Assembly: GCF_017876815.1 (NCBI RefSeq)
Contig: NZ_JAGIOS010000001.1
Coordinates: forward strand, 3,120,001-3,152,000
From: Sinorhizobium meliloti
Lineage (GTDB): Bacteria > Pseudomonadota > Alphaproteobacteria > Rhizobiales > Rhizobiaceae
Length of the DNA stretch: 32,000 bases
Direction: 5' to 3'
In this document: piece after piece, positions 17,857-26,372 of the stretch
Layout of the letters: every line of letters begins with the position of its first letter
Position numbering within the stretch: position 1 is the stretch's first letter
Program-made: the position numbers and the translations under genes
The notes under the pieces: model-generated
What the model was told of the DNA's origin: nothing
The model's input: only the letters and a program-made list of their open reading frames with translations
Database searches by the model: none

Positions 17857-18678
17857 ATGAGCACGGACCACGCCCTACTGGACGGGAAGATCGCCATTGT
17901 GACCGGGGGCACGCAGGGGCTCGGTGCCACGATTGCCGCACTCTTCGCGGAGCGCGGCGCCGCCGGCGTCGTCATTTGCGGGCGCAACGCGGCGAAGGGC
18001 GAGGCGAAAGCTGCCGAGATCGCCGCGGCGACGGGTTCGAAGGTCGTCTATGTACCAGCGGATCTCGAGCGGGTGGAGGATGCCCGTGCCGTCGCGGCGG
18101 CTTGCGACCGCGCCTTCGGCCGCGTCGATGCGCTGGTCAACGCCGCAGCGATCACCGACAGGGGTACGATCCTCGACACCAGCCCGGAACTCTTCGACCG
18201 GATGTTCGCGGTCAATGTGCGGGCGCCATTCTTCCTGATGCAGGAGGTGATAAAGGTGATGCGGCGCGAGAAGACAGAGGGCACGATCGTCAATATCGGC
18301 TCCATGTCGGCGAAGGCGGGTCAGCCCTTCATCGCAGCCTATTGTGCGTCGAAGGGGGCACTGGAGACGCTGACCAAGAACACCGCCTATGCCGTCCTTC
18401 GCAACCGGATACGGGTCAACGGCCTCAACATCGGCTGGATGGCCTCGGAAGGCGAAGACCGGATCCAGCGCGAATATCACGATGCGCCGGCGAACTGGCT
18501 CGAAAAGGCGGCAGCGAGCCAGCCCTTCGGCAGGCTCGTCGACCCGGCCGAGGTCGCGCGTGCCTGCGCCTATCTCTCATCGGCAGAATCCGGCCTCATG
18601 ACGGGTTCCGTCATCTGCTTCGATCAGTCGATCTGGGGTGCCTATGACGCCTCGCCTCATCCGGAGGCGCCGCTCTGA
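17857..18678 (+). CDS. short-chain dehydrogenase/reductase (SDR) family oxidoreductase
   Basis: It has the cofactor motif VTGGTQGLG, the NAA motif (VNAAAI) and the catalytic YCASK (YxxxK). The SD GGGAGGA precedes the ATG. Confidence 0.9.
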   Translation: MSTDHALLDGKIAIVTGGTQGLGATIAALFAERGAAGVVICGRNAAKGEAKAAEIAAATGSKVVYVPADLERVEDARAVAAACDRAFGRVDALVNAAAITDRGTILDTSPELFDRMFAVNVRAPFFLMQEVIKVMRREKTEGTIVNIGSMSAKAGQPFIAAYCASKGALETLTKNTAYAVLRNRIRVNGLNIGWMASEGEDRIQREYHDAPANWLEKAAASQPFGRLVDPAEVARACAYLSSAESGLMTGSVICFDQSIWGAYDASPHPEAPL

Positions 18679-18729
18679 AGCTCCCGCTTGCTTGCCTTGC
18701 CTTTCGTGGGGACCTGTGGCCATATGCCG

Positions 18730-19659
<930 letters not shown>

Positions 19660-19682
19660 ATCGATGCTCGCAACGGCGTATG

Positions 19683-20810
19683 TCAGTTTTCCTGCAGCGG
19701 CTGGTAACGGGGCCCAAGCGGATGCTTGAGGTCGATCGCGCTTTCTTCCTGCGGAAGGAAGGTCGGACCGACGACGCGGACCTTGTTTTTGGCCGGGTCG
19801 TAGGGCCGTTCTGCTATCGGCTTGGCCGGCGCCTTCTTCTCGCTGCCAATGGTTATGACCGACGGGCTGACGACGGTGAGCTTGCCGGCGGAGACTGCCT
19901 TTTGCCCGTTGGCATCCGTTGCGGGGTCCGGGATTCCGCAGCCACAGATGCCGGGTGAGCCGACACTGCGCGCCCGGTAGGCGAAGGCCGTTGGGAGATC
20001 GGTGTAGGGCCGGCCGGTCGTCGCCGAAACCATCTGGTCGGCTTCTTCCGTCGCGAGCACATGATAGTAGAGCTCCGTCTCCGCACCCGGGCATCGCGCG
20101 CGGCAGAGATCGGCGTCACGACCGAAGTCTGCCGGCGTGGCATGCGAGGAGATGGGAAAGAAGGCGCCATCGCATGTCCTTACGCACATGGTTCTGAGGC
20201 TGCCGGCGAAATCGTCATCCGTGAGCGGTAGCTCTGCCCGGGGGGCGTCGAGCAGAAGCGGATAGGCACCGCTGTCCGGCGGCAGGTCGCGCAGGATGTT
20301 CCGGTGAACCTCCGTGCCGTCGGCGGCGCTCGCAAACTGGCCTTCGGCGCTTCCGGCATCCCAGCCCTCTCGGGGCGCTCCCGAGCAGCCGTTGAGTTCC
20401 ATGGCAGCGAGGATGCGCCGACGAACGTCGTCGTCACCACCGCCGATCAGATGCCTACGCTGCGCCTTGAGTTGCCGCAGATTCGCCTCCATGCGCGCGA
20501 TCGTGTCGTCGAGTTCGGCGCAAGCGGCCTCGTCATCGCCGCCGATGACGACGACGCTGTCGCTGCTGCATTCCATTCGGCGGCGATCGTTCTTGGCGCG
20601 GCGCAACTCGATGTTCTGGCGGGAGACCGCACCTGTGAAGTCGCGCAGGCTGGCATTCGTCGTGAAACCTGTGGGAAGGCCGGCGAGGCGTGCGCTCAGC
20701 CGTTCGCAAACGCCGGACGCTGCGGCCGGGCCGGCTGCGGCCAGCGCCAGCGGTACGAGAACCGCCGCGATGCGCCGGATCTTGGATGCCACTTTCGGGG
20801 ACGCGGACAC
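19683..20810 (-). CDS. secreted DUF2865-like cysteine-rich protein
   Basis: It has a signal peptide (IAAVLVPLALAAAGPAAASG). The conserved Cys block TMCVRTCDGAFFPIS ... CRARCPGAETELYY matches what I recall as DUF2865. The start is GTG at 20810, with AGGAAG upstream. Confidence 0.72.
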   Translation of the reverse strand: MSASPKVASKIRRIAAVLVPLALAAAGPAAASGVCERLSARLAGLPTGFTTNASLRDFTGAVSRQNIELRRAKNDRRRMECSSDSVVVIGGDDEAACAELDDTIARMEANLRQLKAQRRHLIGGGDDDVRRRILAAMELNGCSGAPREGWDAGSAEGQFASAADGTEVHRNILRDLPPDSGAYPLLLDAPRAELPLTDDDFAGSLRTMCVRTCDGAFFPISSHATPADFGRDADLCRARCPGAETELYYHVLATEEADQMVSATTGRPYTDLPTAFAYRARSVGSPGICGCGIPDPATDANGQKAVSAGKLTVVSPSVITIGSEKKAPAKPIAERPYDPAKNKVRVVGPTFLPQEESAIDLKHPLGPRYQPLQEN

Positions 20811-20943
20811 GTGCTTCTTCCTGCATTGCAGCGGACCGTTGCCGATGTGTCCGCCTTACCGTCTCATCATAGGACCTTGTCGAGATGGCGCAACGGGAAG
20901 AGGGCATCTGCGTTAATTCGCAATGCCCGTGGATGGAAGCTGT

Positions 20944-20966
20944 GGGCCGTGCGATCTGCACGGCCC
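20944..20966 (-). terminator. 9-bp GC hairpin just downstream of sinI (possible terminator, no U-tract)
   Basis: GGGCCGTGC (20944-20952), a 5-nt loop, then GCACGGCCC (20958-20966). It lies 12 nt beyond the sinI stop. No T/A run follows on either strand. Confidence 0.4.
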
Positions 20967-20977
20967 GGATTATCGGG

Positions 20978-21622
20978 TCAGGCGGCGCGTGCCGTTTCAA
21001 GCGACATCGGGCGATCGAGAACGGTGCCCTCGATGGAGGCCACCGCCTTCATCGTTTCGAGCAGGTTCCTGCTCACCTCCCACGCGATGGCGACCGCATG
21101 GACGGAGCCGATCCTGTGCGGATCGGCGATGCGCTCCCCAGGGCAACCCATGCGGCGGAACATTCGCTCCAGGAACACATCGGTGACCGTGACGATATGG
21201 CTGATGCCCGAGGCAAGGCTCATTTCGCCCACACCGCACATCAGTTCGGCCGCGGCGATGGTGACCTGGTTCGATGCGCGATCCTGGGAGATTTCGGGAT
21301 CGATGCAGAAGCGGCTCGATTCCCACACCGACGCACTACGGATTTCCGGATTGTCCCCGAGCAGGATCGGGAACGTATCGTCCAGCATATTCGGACCGAG
21401 CGTCGGAAGGAGCCTGAGGGAGCCACGAATCTTGCCGGTGTCCGGCGAGTACGACATGACATAGAGCGGATTGGCCTTGTCGTAGTGGTCGATTTCCCAG
21501 TCCCCTTCGGTCTTGACGTCCCATTTCAAGAAGTCGTGGAACACGCGCTTACGCAGCCGGAACATCTCGTCGATGGCCTGGGGGTGCTGGCTGCGACCGT
21601 TTCCGTTCACTATCCTGATCAT
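20978..21622 (-). CDS. sinI: LuxI-family acyl-homoserine-lactone synthase
   Basis: From the ATG at 21622 the protein reads MIRIVNGNGRSQHPQAIDEMFRLRKRVFHDFLKWDV... (214 aa). It has the LuxI-family signatures FRLRKRVF..L.W and WESSRFCI. GGAG lies 7 nt upstream. It sits directly downstream of a luxR-type gene. The 34 extra N-terminal residues in the ORF track are rejected. Confidence 0.9.
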   Translation of the reverse strand: MIRIVNGNGRSQHPQAIDEMFRLRKRVFHDFLKWDVKTEGDWEIDHYDKANPLYVMSYSPDTGKIRGSLRLLPTLGPNMLDDTFPILLGDNPEIRSASVWESSRFCIDPEISQDRASNQVTIAAAELMCGVGEMSLASGISHIVTVTDVFLERMFRRMGCPGERIADPHRIGSVHAVAIAWEVSRNLLETMKAVASIEGTVLDRPMSLETARAA

Positions 21623-21683
21623 TTTTTCGCTCCATGCGTGATTACGCGATGTAGCGATGCTGTCAGGCTCGGATGACACATGT

Positions 21684-21703
21684 AACTGTCTATAGTGACA
21701 GTT
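21684..21703 (-). promoter_or_regulatory. lux-type box (20-bp dyad) in the sinI promoter
   Basis: AACTGTC-TATAGT-GACAGTT has perfect 7-bp inverted arms and fits the CT-N12-AG pattern of lux/las/tra boxes. It ends 61 nt upstream of the sinI ATG. Confidence 0.6.
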
Positions 21704-21717
21704 TATTTCCTCATTTT

Positions 21718-21740
21718 TTCCCAATAGATTTGTGGGGGAA
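21718..21740 (-). promoter_or_regulatory. second, C-rich/G-rich dyad upstream of sinI (candidate LuxR-family, e.g. ExpR-type, site)
   Basis: TTCCC-AATAGATTTGTGG-GGGAA has 5-bp outer arms that are complementary (TTCCC / GGGAA). It lies 15 nt from the lux-type box, between the sinR stop and the sinI promoter. Confidence 0.35.
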
Positions 21741-21778
21741 TCTGCGGGTGGCCGGTCCTGTCCCGGGCCGGCAACCCG

Positions 21779-22516
21779 TCAGATGGTGGGGATCAGAGCA
21801 TGTCGAACAGCGTGCGCTACAGCTTGCGTGTTGGACACTACATTGAGTTTGCGGCGGGCATTGGTCATGAAGAAACGCACCGTTCGCTCGGATATGCCGA
21901 GAATCGTTGCGATCTCCCAGTAGCTCTTGCCGGCCGCCGACCACGTGAGCACCTCCGTTTCCCGCCCGGTCAGGCGGAGATCGCGCTCGTCGAGCGCCCC
22001 GGCCATCGCCGAATGTTCGAGCATGGAGGCGTGGAAGAGGTTGGCAGCCAGCTGGAAATCGCGCAGATGGCAGCGGCGGTAGGCGGACCACTCAACCGGC
22101 GACATGTTTGCACCGATTGCGAGAAGCGCCATGCGGCCCGCAGGCGAGGGGAGCGGTAAGGCCACGCCTTCGGTGGAAAGCCCGATTTCTTCGGCCGCCT
22201 CGAAGAGGGGCTCGCATTCCGGAAAGCGGCGCCGCGCTGTCGCCCATTCCACCGGCCTGACGCCGCCGAGCGCAAGCTTGAGGATCGGGTCGATCCTGTA
22301 AAGCCCCCTGGCGGCGTAGATTTCGGCGGCGTAGGCGCCGAAAGTGTGATGCAGGCGGCAGATTCTCAAACCATCCGGAAGAGACTCCGCCTCCAGATAC
22401 AGGAGATGCGAGATGTTGAAGGTTCGACGCATCAGGGCGAAGAAGCGCTCGGGGTCTGCGCAACCTCCATATTCCACGATATCCAGCAAATTGAGGACAG
22501 CCTGTTGATTAGCCAT
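21779..22516 (-). CDS. sinR: LuxR-family AHL-responsive transcriptional regulator
   Basis: The 245-aa protein has an N-terminal autoinducer-binding-like domain and a C-terminal LuxR HTH (LTGRETEVLTWSAAGKSYWEIATILGISERTVRFFMTNARRKL). It lies immediately upstream of the luxI-type gene and in the same direction. Confidence 0.88.
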   Translation of the reverse strand: MANQQAVLNLLDIVEYGGCADPERFFALMRRTFNISHLLYLEAESLPDGLRICRLHHTFGAYAAEIYAARGLYRIDPILKLALGGVRPVEWATARRRFPECEPLFEAAEEIGLSTEGVALPLPSPAGRMALLAIGANMSPVEWSAYRRCHLRDFQLAANLFHASMLEHSAMAGALDERDLRLTGRETEVLTWSAAGKSYWEIATILGISERTVRFFMTNARRKLNVVSNTQAVAHAVRHALIPTI

Positions 22517-22721
22517 GCCGTAACACCGAAACTTGCCCCTATAATAAACATGGTTTACGGCGGCCGGTTTTGTCTAGTGCAATATTTCATAAACGGTGCA
22601 GTAATCCCGCTTATGCAATCATAAGTTGACTTTTTAGCCAAATATCGCTGACGCGGCTGCGTCGGTCCCGTGGAAGCGGCGTTTTTTCCGCCCTCCAGTG
22701 AATGAGGAGGCGCGCCACCCC

Positions 22722-25034
22722 TCAGACGGGATGGCTTGATTCGACGACGGCCAGCGCTGCCATGTTGACGACGCCACGCGAGGTGACGGACGGCGACAGA
22801 ATATGCGCCGGCAGCGCCGAGCCCAGAAGGATCGGGCCGACATGCAGGCTGTCCGTCATGGTTTTGACCACGCCGAGCGTGATATTGGCCGCGTCGAGAT
22901 TGGGGAAGACGAGCAGGTTCGCTTCGCCGTTCAGCGTGCTGTCCGGCATCACGCGTTGGCGCAGGACCTCGGAGATGGCGGAATCGCCGTGCATCTCTCC
23001 GTCCACCTCGAGATCGGGGGCGAGCTCGCGCACGAGCTGCAGTGCGGTGCGCATCTTGAAAGCGCTCTCGGAATCGCGCGAGCCGAAGTTCGAGTGGGAG
23101 ACGAGGGCAGCACGCGGCGTGATGCCGAAGCGGCGGATTTCGTTTGCCGCCATCACTGTCGTCTGAGCGATCTCCTCCGCGCTCGGGCTGAAGCTCACAT
23201 AGGTATCGGTGAAGAAGGTCGCGCCGCGTTGTGAGATCAGGAGGCTGAGCGCCGAGAAGTCGAGTACGCCCGAACGCTTGCCGATGATCTGCGATACATC
23301 GCGCAAATGCCTGCTGTAGCGTCCCTCGACCCCGCAGATCAGCGCGTCCGCCTCGCCGCGCTTGACGGCGAGCGCGCCGATGACCGTCGTATTCGTGCGC
23401 ACGATCGTGCGGGCCGCCTCGGGAATGACGCCGAGCCGCCCGACGAGGGCGAAATAATCATCGACATAGTCGCGATAGCGCGGGTCGCCCTCGGGATTGA
23501 CGACCTCGAAATCGACATCGGGGCGGATTCTGAGGCCGTAGCGCCGCAGGCGGGTCTCGATGATTTGCGGGCGGCCGATCAGGATCGGCTTGGCCGTGCC
23601 TTCTTCCAGCAGCACCTGGGCGGCGCGCAGCACCCGCTCATCTTCGCCCTCGGCGAAGATGACGCGGTTCTTCGCCGCGTTCTTCGCTGCAGCAAAGACC
23701 GGCTTCATGATGAAGCCGGAGCGGAAGACGAAACGGTTGAGCTTGTCGAGATAGGCGTCGAAGTCCTGGATCGGACGCGTGGCGACGCCGCTTTCGGCCG
23801 CGGCCTTTGCAACGGCCGGCGCAATGCGCAGGATCAGCCGCTGATCGAAGGGCGAAGGGATCAGATAGTCGGGGCCGAAGACCGGCGTTTCGCCGGAATA
23901 GGCGCGCGCGGCGACATCCGACGGTTCCTCGCGGGCAAGGCCGGCGATCGCGCGGACCGCCGCCATCTTCATTTCTTCGTTGATGGTGCGTGCGCCGCAA
24001 TCGAGCGCGCCACGGAAGATATGCGGGAAACAGAGAACATTGTTGACCTGGTTCGGGAAGTCCGAGCGTCCGGTGCAGATCATGGCATCGGGCCGCGCGG
24101 CGCGGGCCACCTCTGGCATGATCTCCGGCGTAGGATTGGCCAGCGCCATGATCAGCGGCTTTTCGGCCATCCGGGCCAACAGTTCAGGCTTGAGGACGCC
24201 GGCGGCCGAGAGCCCCAGAAACACGTCCGCCCCGCCGATGCTGTCGGCGAGCACGCGATTGTCGCTCTCCTGCGCGTAGACGGCTTTCCACTCGTCCATC
24301 AGGGCCTCGCGCCCTTTGTAGACGAGACCTTCGATGTCGTGGACCCAGATGTTTTCGCGCCTGGCGCCCAGCGTGACGAGGAGGTTGAGGCAGGCAAGCG
24401 CCGCCGCCCCGGCACCGGAGGCCACGATCTTGGCCTCGGCAATGTCCTTGCCGGCGAGTTCCAGGCCGTTCAGGACGGCGGCCGCGACGATGATCGCGGT
24501 CCCGTGCTGGTCGTCGTGGAAGACCGGTATTTCCATTTTCTCGCGCAGACGCCGCTCCACCTCGAAACATTCGGGAGCTTTGATGTCCTCGAGATTGATG
24601 CCGCCGAAGGTCGGCTCCAGCGCCGAGATGACGTCGACCATCCGATCGACCGTCGGTGCGTCGATCTCGATGTCGAAGACGTCGATCCCTGCGAACTTCT
24701 TGAAGAGAACAGCCTTACCTTCCATCACGGGTTTGGAGGCGAGGGGACCGATATTGCCGAGGCCGAGGACGGCGGTGCCGTTCGATACCACGGCGACGAG
24801 ATTGGCGCGGGCGGTGAAATCGGCTGCGGTCTCGGGATTGTCCTTGATGGCGAGGCACGGTGCGGCGACCCCGGGCGAATAGGCGAGCGCCAGGTCGCGT
24901 TGGTTCCCGAGCGGCTTGGTCGGCTGAATCTCGAGCTTGCCGGGGCGGGGATAGCGATGGAAGAAGAGTGCCTGCTGATCGATGTCTCCGCTGGCGGGAA
25001 CGGCCTGGGATTTCGCTTTATCGCCCGTGTTCAT
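22722..25034 (-). CDS. dme: chimeric malic enzyme (malic enzyme domain fused to a phosphotransacetylase-like domain)
   Basis: The 770-aa protein has [22 protein letters not shown] and ASGAGAAA (dinucleotide site), plus a C-terminal PTA-like half. The family call is secure. The symbol dme (NAD(P) form) rather than tme rests only on my recollection that S. meliloti DME is 770 aa and lies next to sinR. Confidence in the symbol is about 0.6. Confidence 0.9.
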   Translation of the reverse strand: MNTGDKAKSQAVPASGDIDQQALFFHRYPRPGKLEIQPTKPLGNQRDLALAYSPGVAAPCLAIKDNPETAADFTARANLVAVVSNGTAVLGLGNIGPLASKPVMEGKAVLFKKFAGIDVFDIEIDAPTVDRMVDVISALEPTFGGINLEDIKAPECFEVERRLREKMEIPVFHDDQHGTAIIVAAAVLNGLELAGKDIAEAKIVASGAGAAALACLNLLVTLGARRENIWVHDIEGLVYKGREALMDEWKAVYAQESDNRVLADSIGGADVFLGLSAAGVLKPELLARMAEKPLIMALANPTPEIMPEVARAARPDAMICTGRSDFPNQVNNVLCFPHIFRGALDCGARTINEEMKMAAVRAIAGLAREEPSDVAARAYSGETPVFGPDYLIPSPFDQRLILRIAPAVAKAAAESGVATRPIQDFDAYLDKLNRFVFRSGFIMKPVFAAAKNAAKNRVIFAEGEDERVLRAAQVLLEEGTAKPILIGRPQIIETRLRRYGLRIRPDVDFEVVNPEGDPRYRDYVDDYFALVGRLGVIPEAARTIVRTNTTVIGALAVKRGEADALICGVEGRYSRHLRDVSQIIGKRSGVLDFSALSLLISQRGATFFTDTYVSFSPSAEEIAQTTVMAANEIRRFGITPRAALVSHSNFGSRDSESAFKMRTALQLVRELAPDLEVDGEMHGDSAISEVLRQRVMPDSTLNGEANLLVFPNLDAANITLGVVKTMTDSLHVGPILLGSALPAHILSPSVTSRGVVNMAALAVVESSHPV

Positions 25035-25277
25035 GCCTTTGCATTCCTTGAATTCTTGCGTGGACCCGAGAGCGCGTTTGTGAAATCGCGTTCACGTCCG
25101 GTGCTGATAGATGTCGTGCCTTTTGGCATGAATCGCCCGGCACGTACAGTTTCGACGCGGTTCTTTCCAGCCATGGCTACTCGGCGCTCGCTGCGTGCTC
25201 GGCGTCCCATGTCATCTTCCTGAAACACGAGTCTGATTTTGACGGTCGTGAAACGGCTAAACCAGGATGAGGCTGGC

Positions 25278-26123
25278 ATGGCGGCGGCATCGGCACCCCA
25301 ACAGGATTCCGTTCGGAAACTGCGGACGCTTTTCATTTCCGATGTTCATCTGGGCTCGAAAGCGGCCAAGACGGACTTTCTCCTGGATTTCCTGCGGCAC
25401 CACGAGGCGGAGACGATCATTCTCGTCGGGGATATCGTGGACGGCTGGCGTCTCAAACGCAGCTGGTATTGGCCGCAATCCTGCAACGACGTGGTCCAGA
25501 AGCTTCTGCGCAAGGCACGAAAAGGCACGCGCATCATCTACATCCCCGGCAATCACGACGAGTTCCTCCGGGACTTTCCGGGCGTTCACTTCGGCGGTAT
25601 CGAAGTGGCGCAGCGCTATCTCCACAAGGGCGCGGACGGGCGGACCTATCTCGTGCTGCACGGGGACGAGTTCGACGTGGTCGTGCGCAACGCACGCGTT
25701 CTCGCCTATCTCGGCGACTGGGCCTACGACATGGCGATCGCCATCAATATAGGCCTTGCGGCAATACGTCGTCGTCTTGACATGCCTTACTGGTCGTTTT
25801 CCTCCTGGGCCAAGCTGCAGGTCAAACATGCGGTGAACTTCATCGGCGAGTTCCAGAAAGTCGTGACCGAGGAAGCCCGTCGTCACGACGCGCAAGGCGT
25901 GATCTGCGGCCACATCCATCATGCGGTCATCGAGGACATCGACGGCATCCGGTACATAAACACGGGCGACTGGGTGGAGAGTTGCACGGCGATCGCCGAG
26001 CATCACGACGGCACGATGGAGCTCATCACCTGGCACCAGATGCGCGGCGACACCGCCGCTGGGCAGCGAGCCGGGGAGGCCGAGACGATGCCCGTCAGGC
26101 GGTTCGCACCGCAGGCCGCCTGA
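25278..26123 (+). CDS. LpxH-like calcineurin-type metallophosphoesterase (UDP-2,3-diacylglucosamine diphosphatase family)
   Basis: The metallophosphoesterase motifs are ISDVHLG, VGDIVDGW, PGNHDE and ICGHIHH. I prefer the ATG at 25278, which has GAGG 6 nt upstream. The TTG at 25239 is the alternative. Confidence 0.75.
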   Translation: MAAASAPQQDSVRKLRTLFISDVHLGSKAAKTDFLLDFLRHHEAETIILVGDIVDGWRLKRSWYWPQSCNDVVQKLLRKARKGTRIIYIPGNHDEFLRDFPGVHFGGIEVAQRYLHKGADGRTYLVLHGDEFDVVVRNARVLAYLGDWAYDMAIAINIGLAAIRRRLDMPYWSFSSWAKLQVKHAVNFIGEFQKVVTEEARRHDAQGVICGHIHHAVIEDIDGIRYINTGDWVESCTAIAEHHDGTMELITWHQMRGDTAAGQRAGEAETMPVRRFAPQAA

Positions 26124-26169
26124 GTGATTCTGCGGGGTAAGGGAAAACTCCCGGAGGGAGCCGGCTATC

Positions 26170-26310
26170 GTTCCGGTGGACAAGCACCCGCAGTGACGAG
26201 CGGGATGAGGAAAAGTGTGCGCGGTTTTCCGCCCGCATCCCGCGTCTCAACTTCTAGGAATCGATCACGTTCATGTTTTTAGGTCGACTCGACCTAAAAA
26301 CATCGTGATC
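26170..26310. repeat. composite palindromic intergenic element
   Basis: There are degenerate copies of the GTGACGAGC...GGATGAGG hairpin motif (CCCGC-AGTGACGA-GCGGG at 26187-26204). Next is the nested stem GCGGGATG...GGAAAA-loop-TTTTCC...CATCCCGC (26200-26243). Then comes a long palindrome GATCACG(TTC)ATGTTTTTAGGTCGA-C-TCGACCTAAAAACATCGTGATC (26263-26310). Confidence 0.7.
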
Positions 26311-26372
26311 TAGCCGATGGCAAACACACGCGCGGTTGTGCTAATGGTGGCCCACAGCCATCAGGTCCTTCC

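Noticed and set aside
21623-21724. A 34-codon N-terminal extension of sinI in the ORF track (MGKNEEINCHYRQLHVSS...).
   Set aside because: The extension would run through the lux-type box and promoter region. The internal ATG at 21622 has a GGAG SD and gives the canonical LuxI-family N-terminus (MIRIV...).
22565-22595. A possible PhoB (Pho box) site in the sinR upstream region (TTGTCTAGTGCAATATTTCATAAAC).
   Set aside because: I could not align two convincing CTGTCAT-type direct repeats with 4-nt spacing. The resemblance is limited to one TGTC core.
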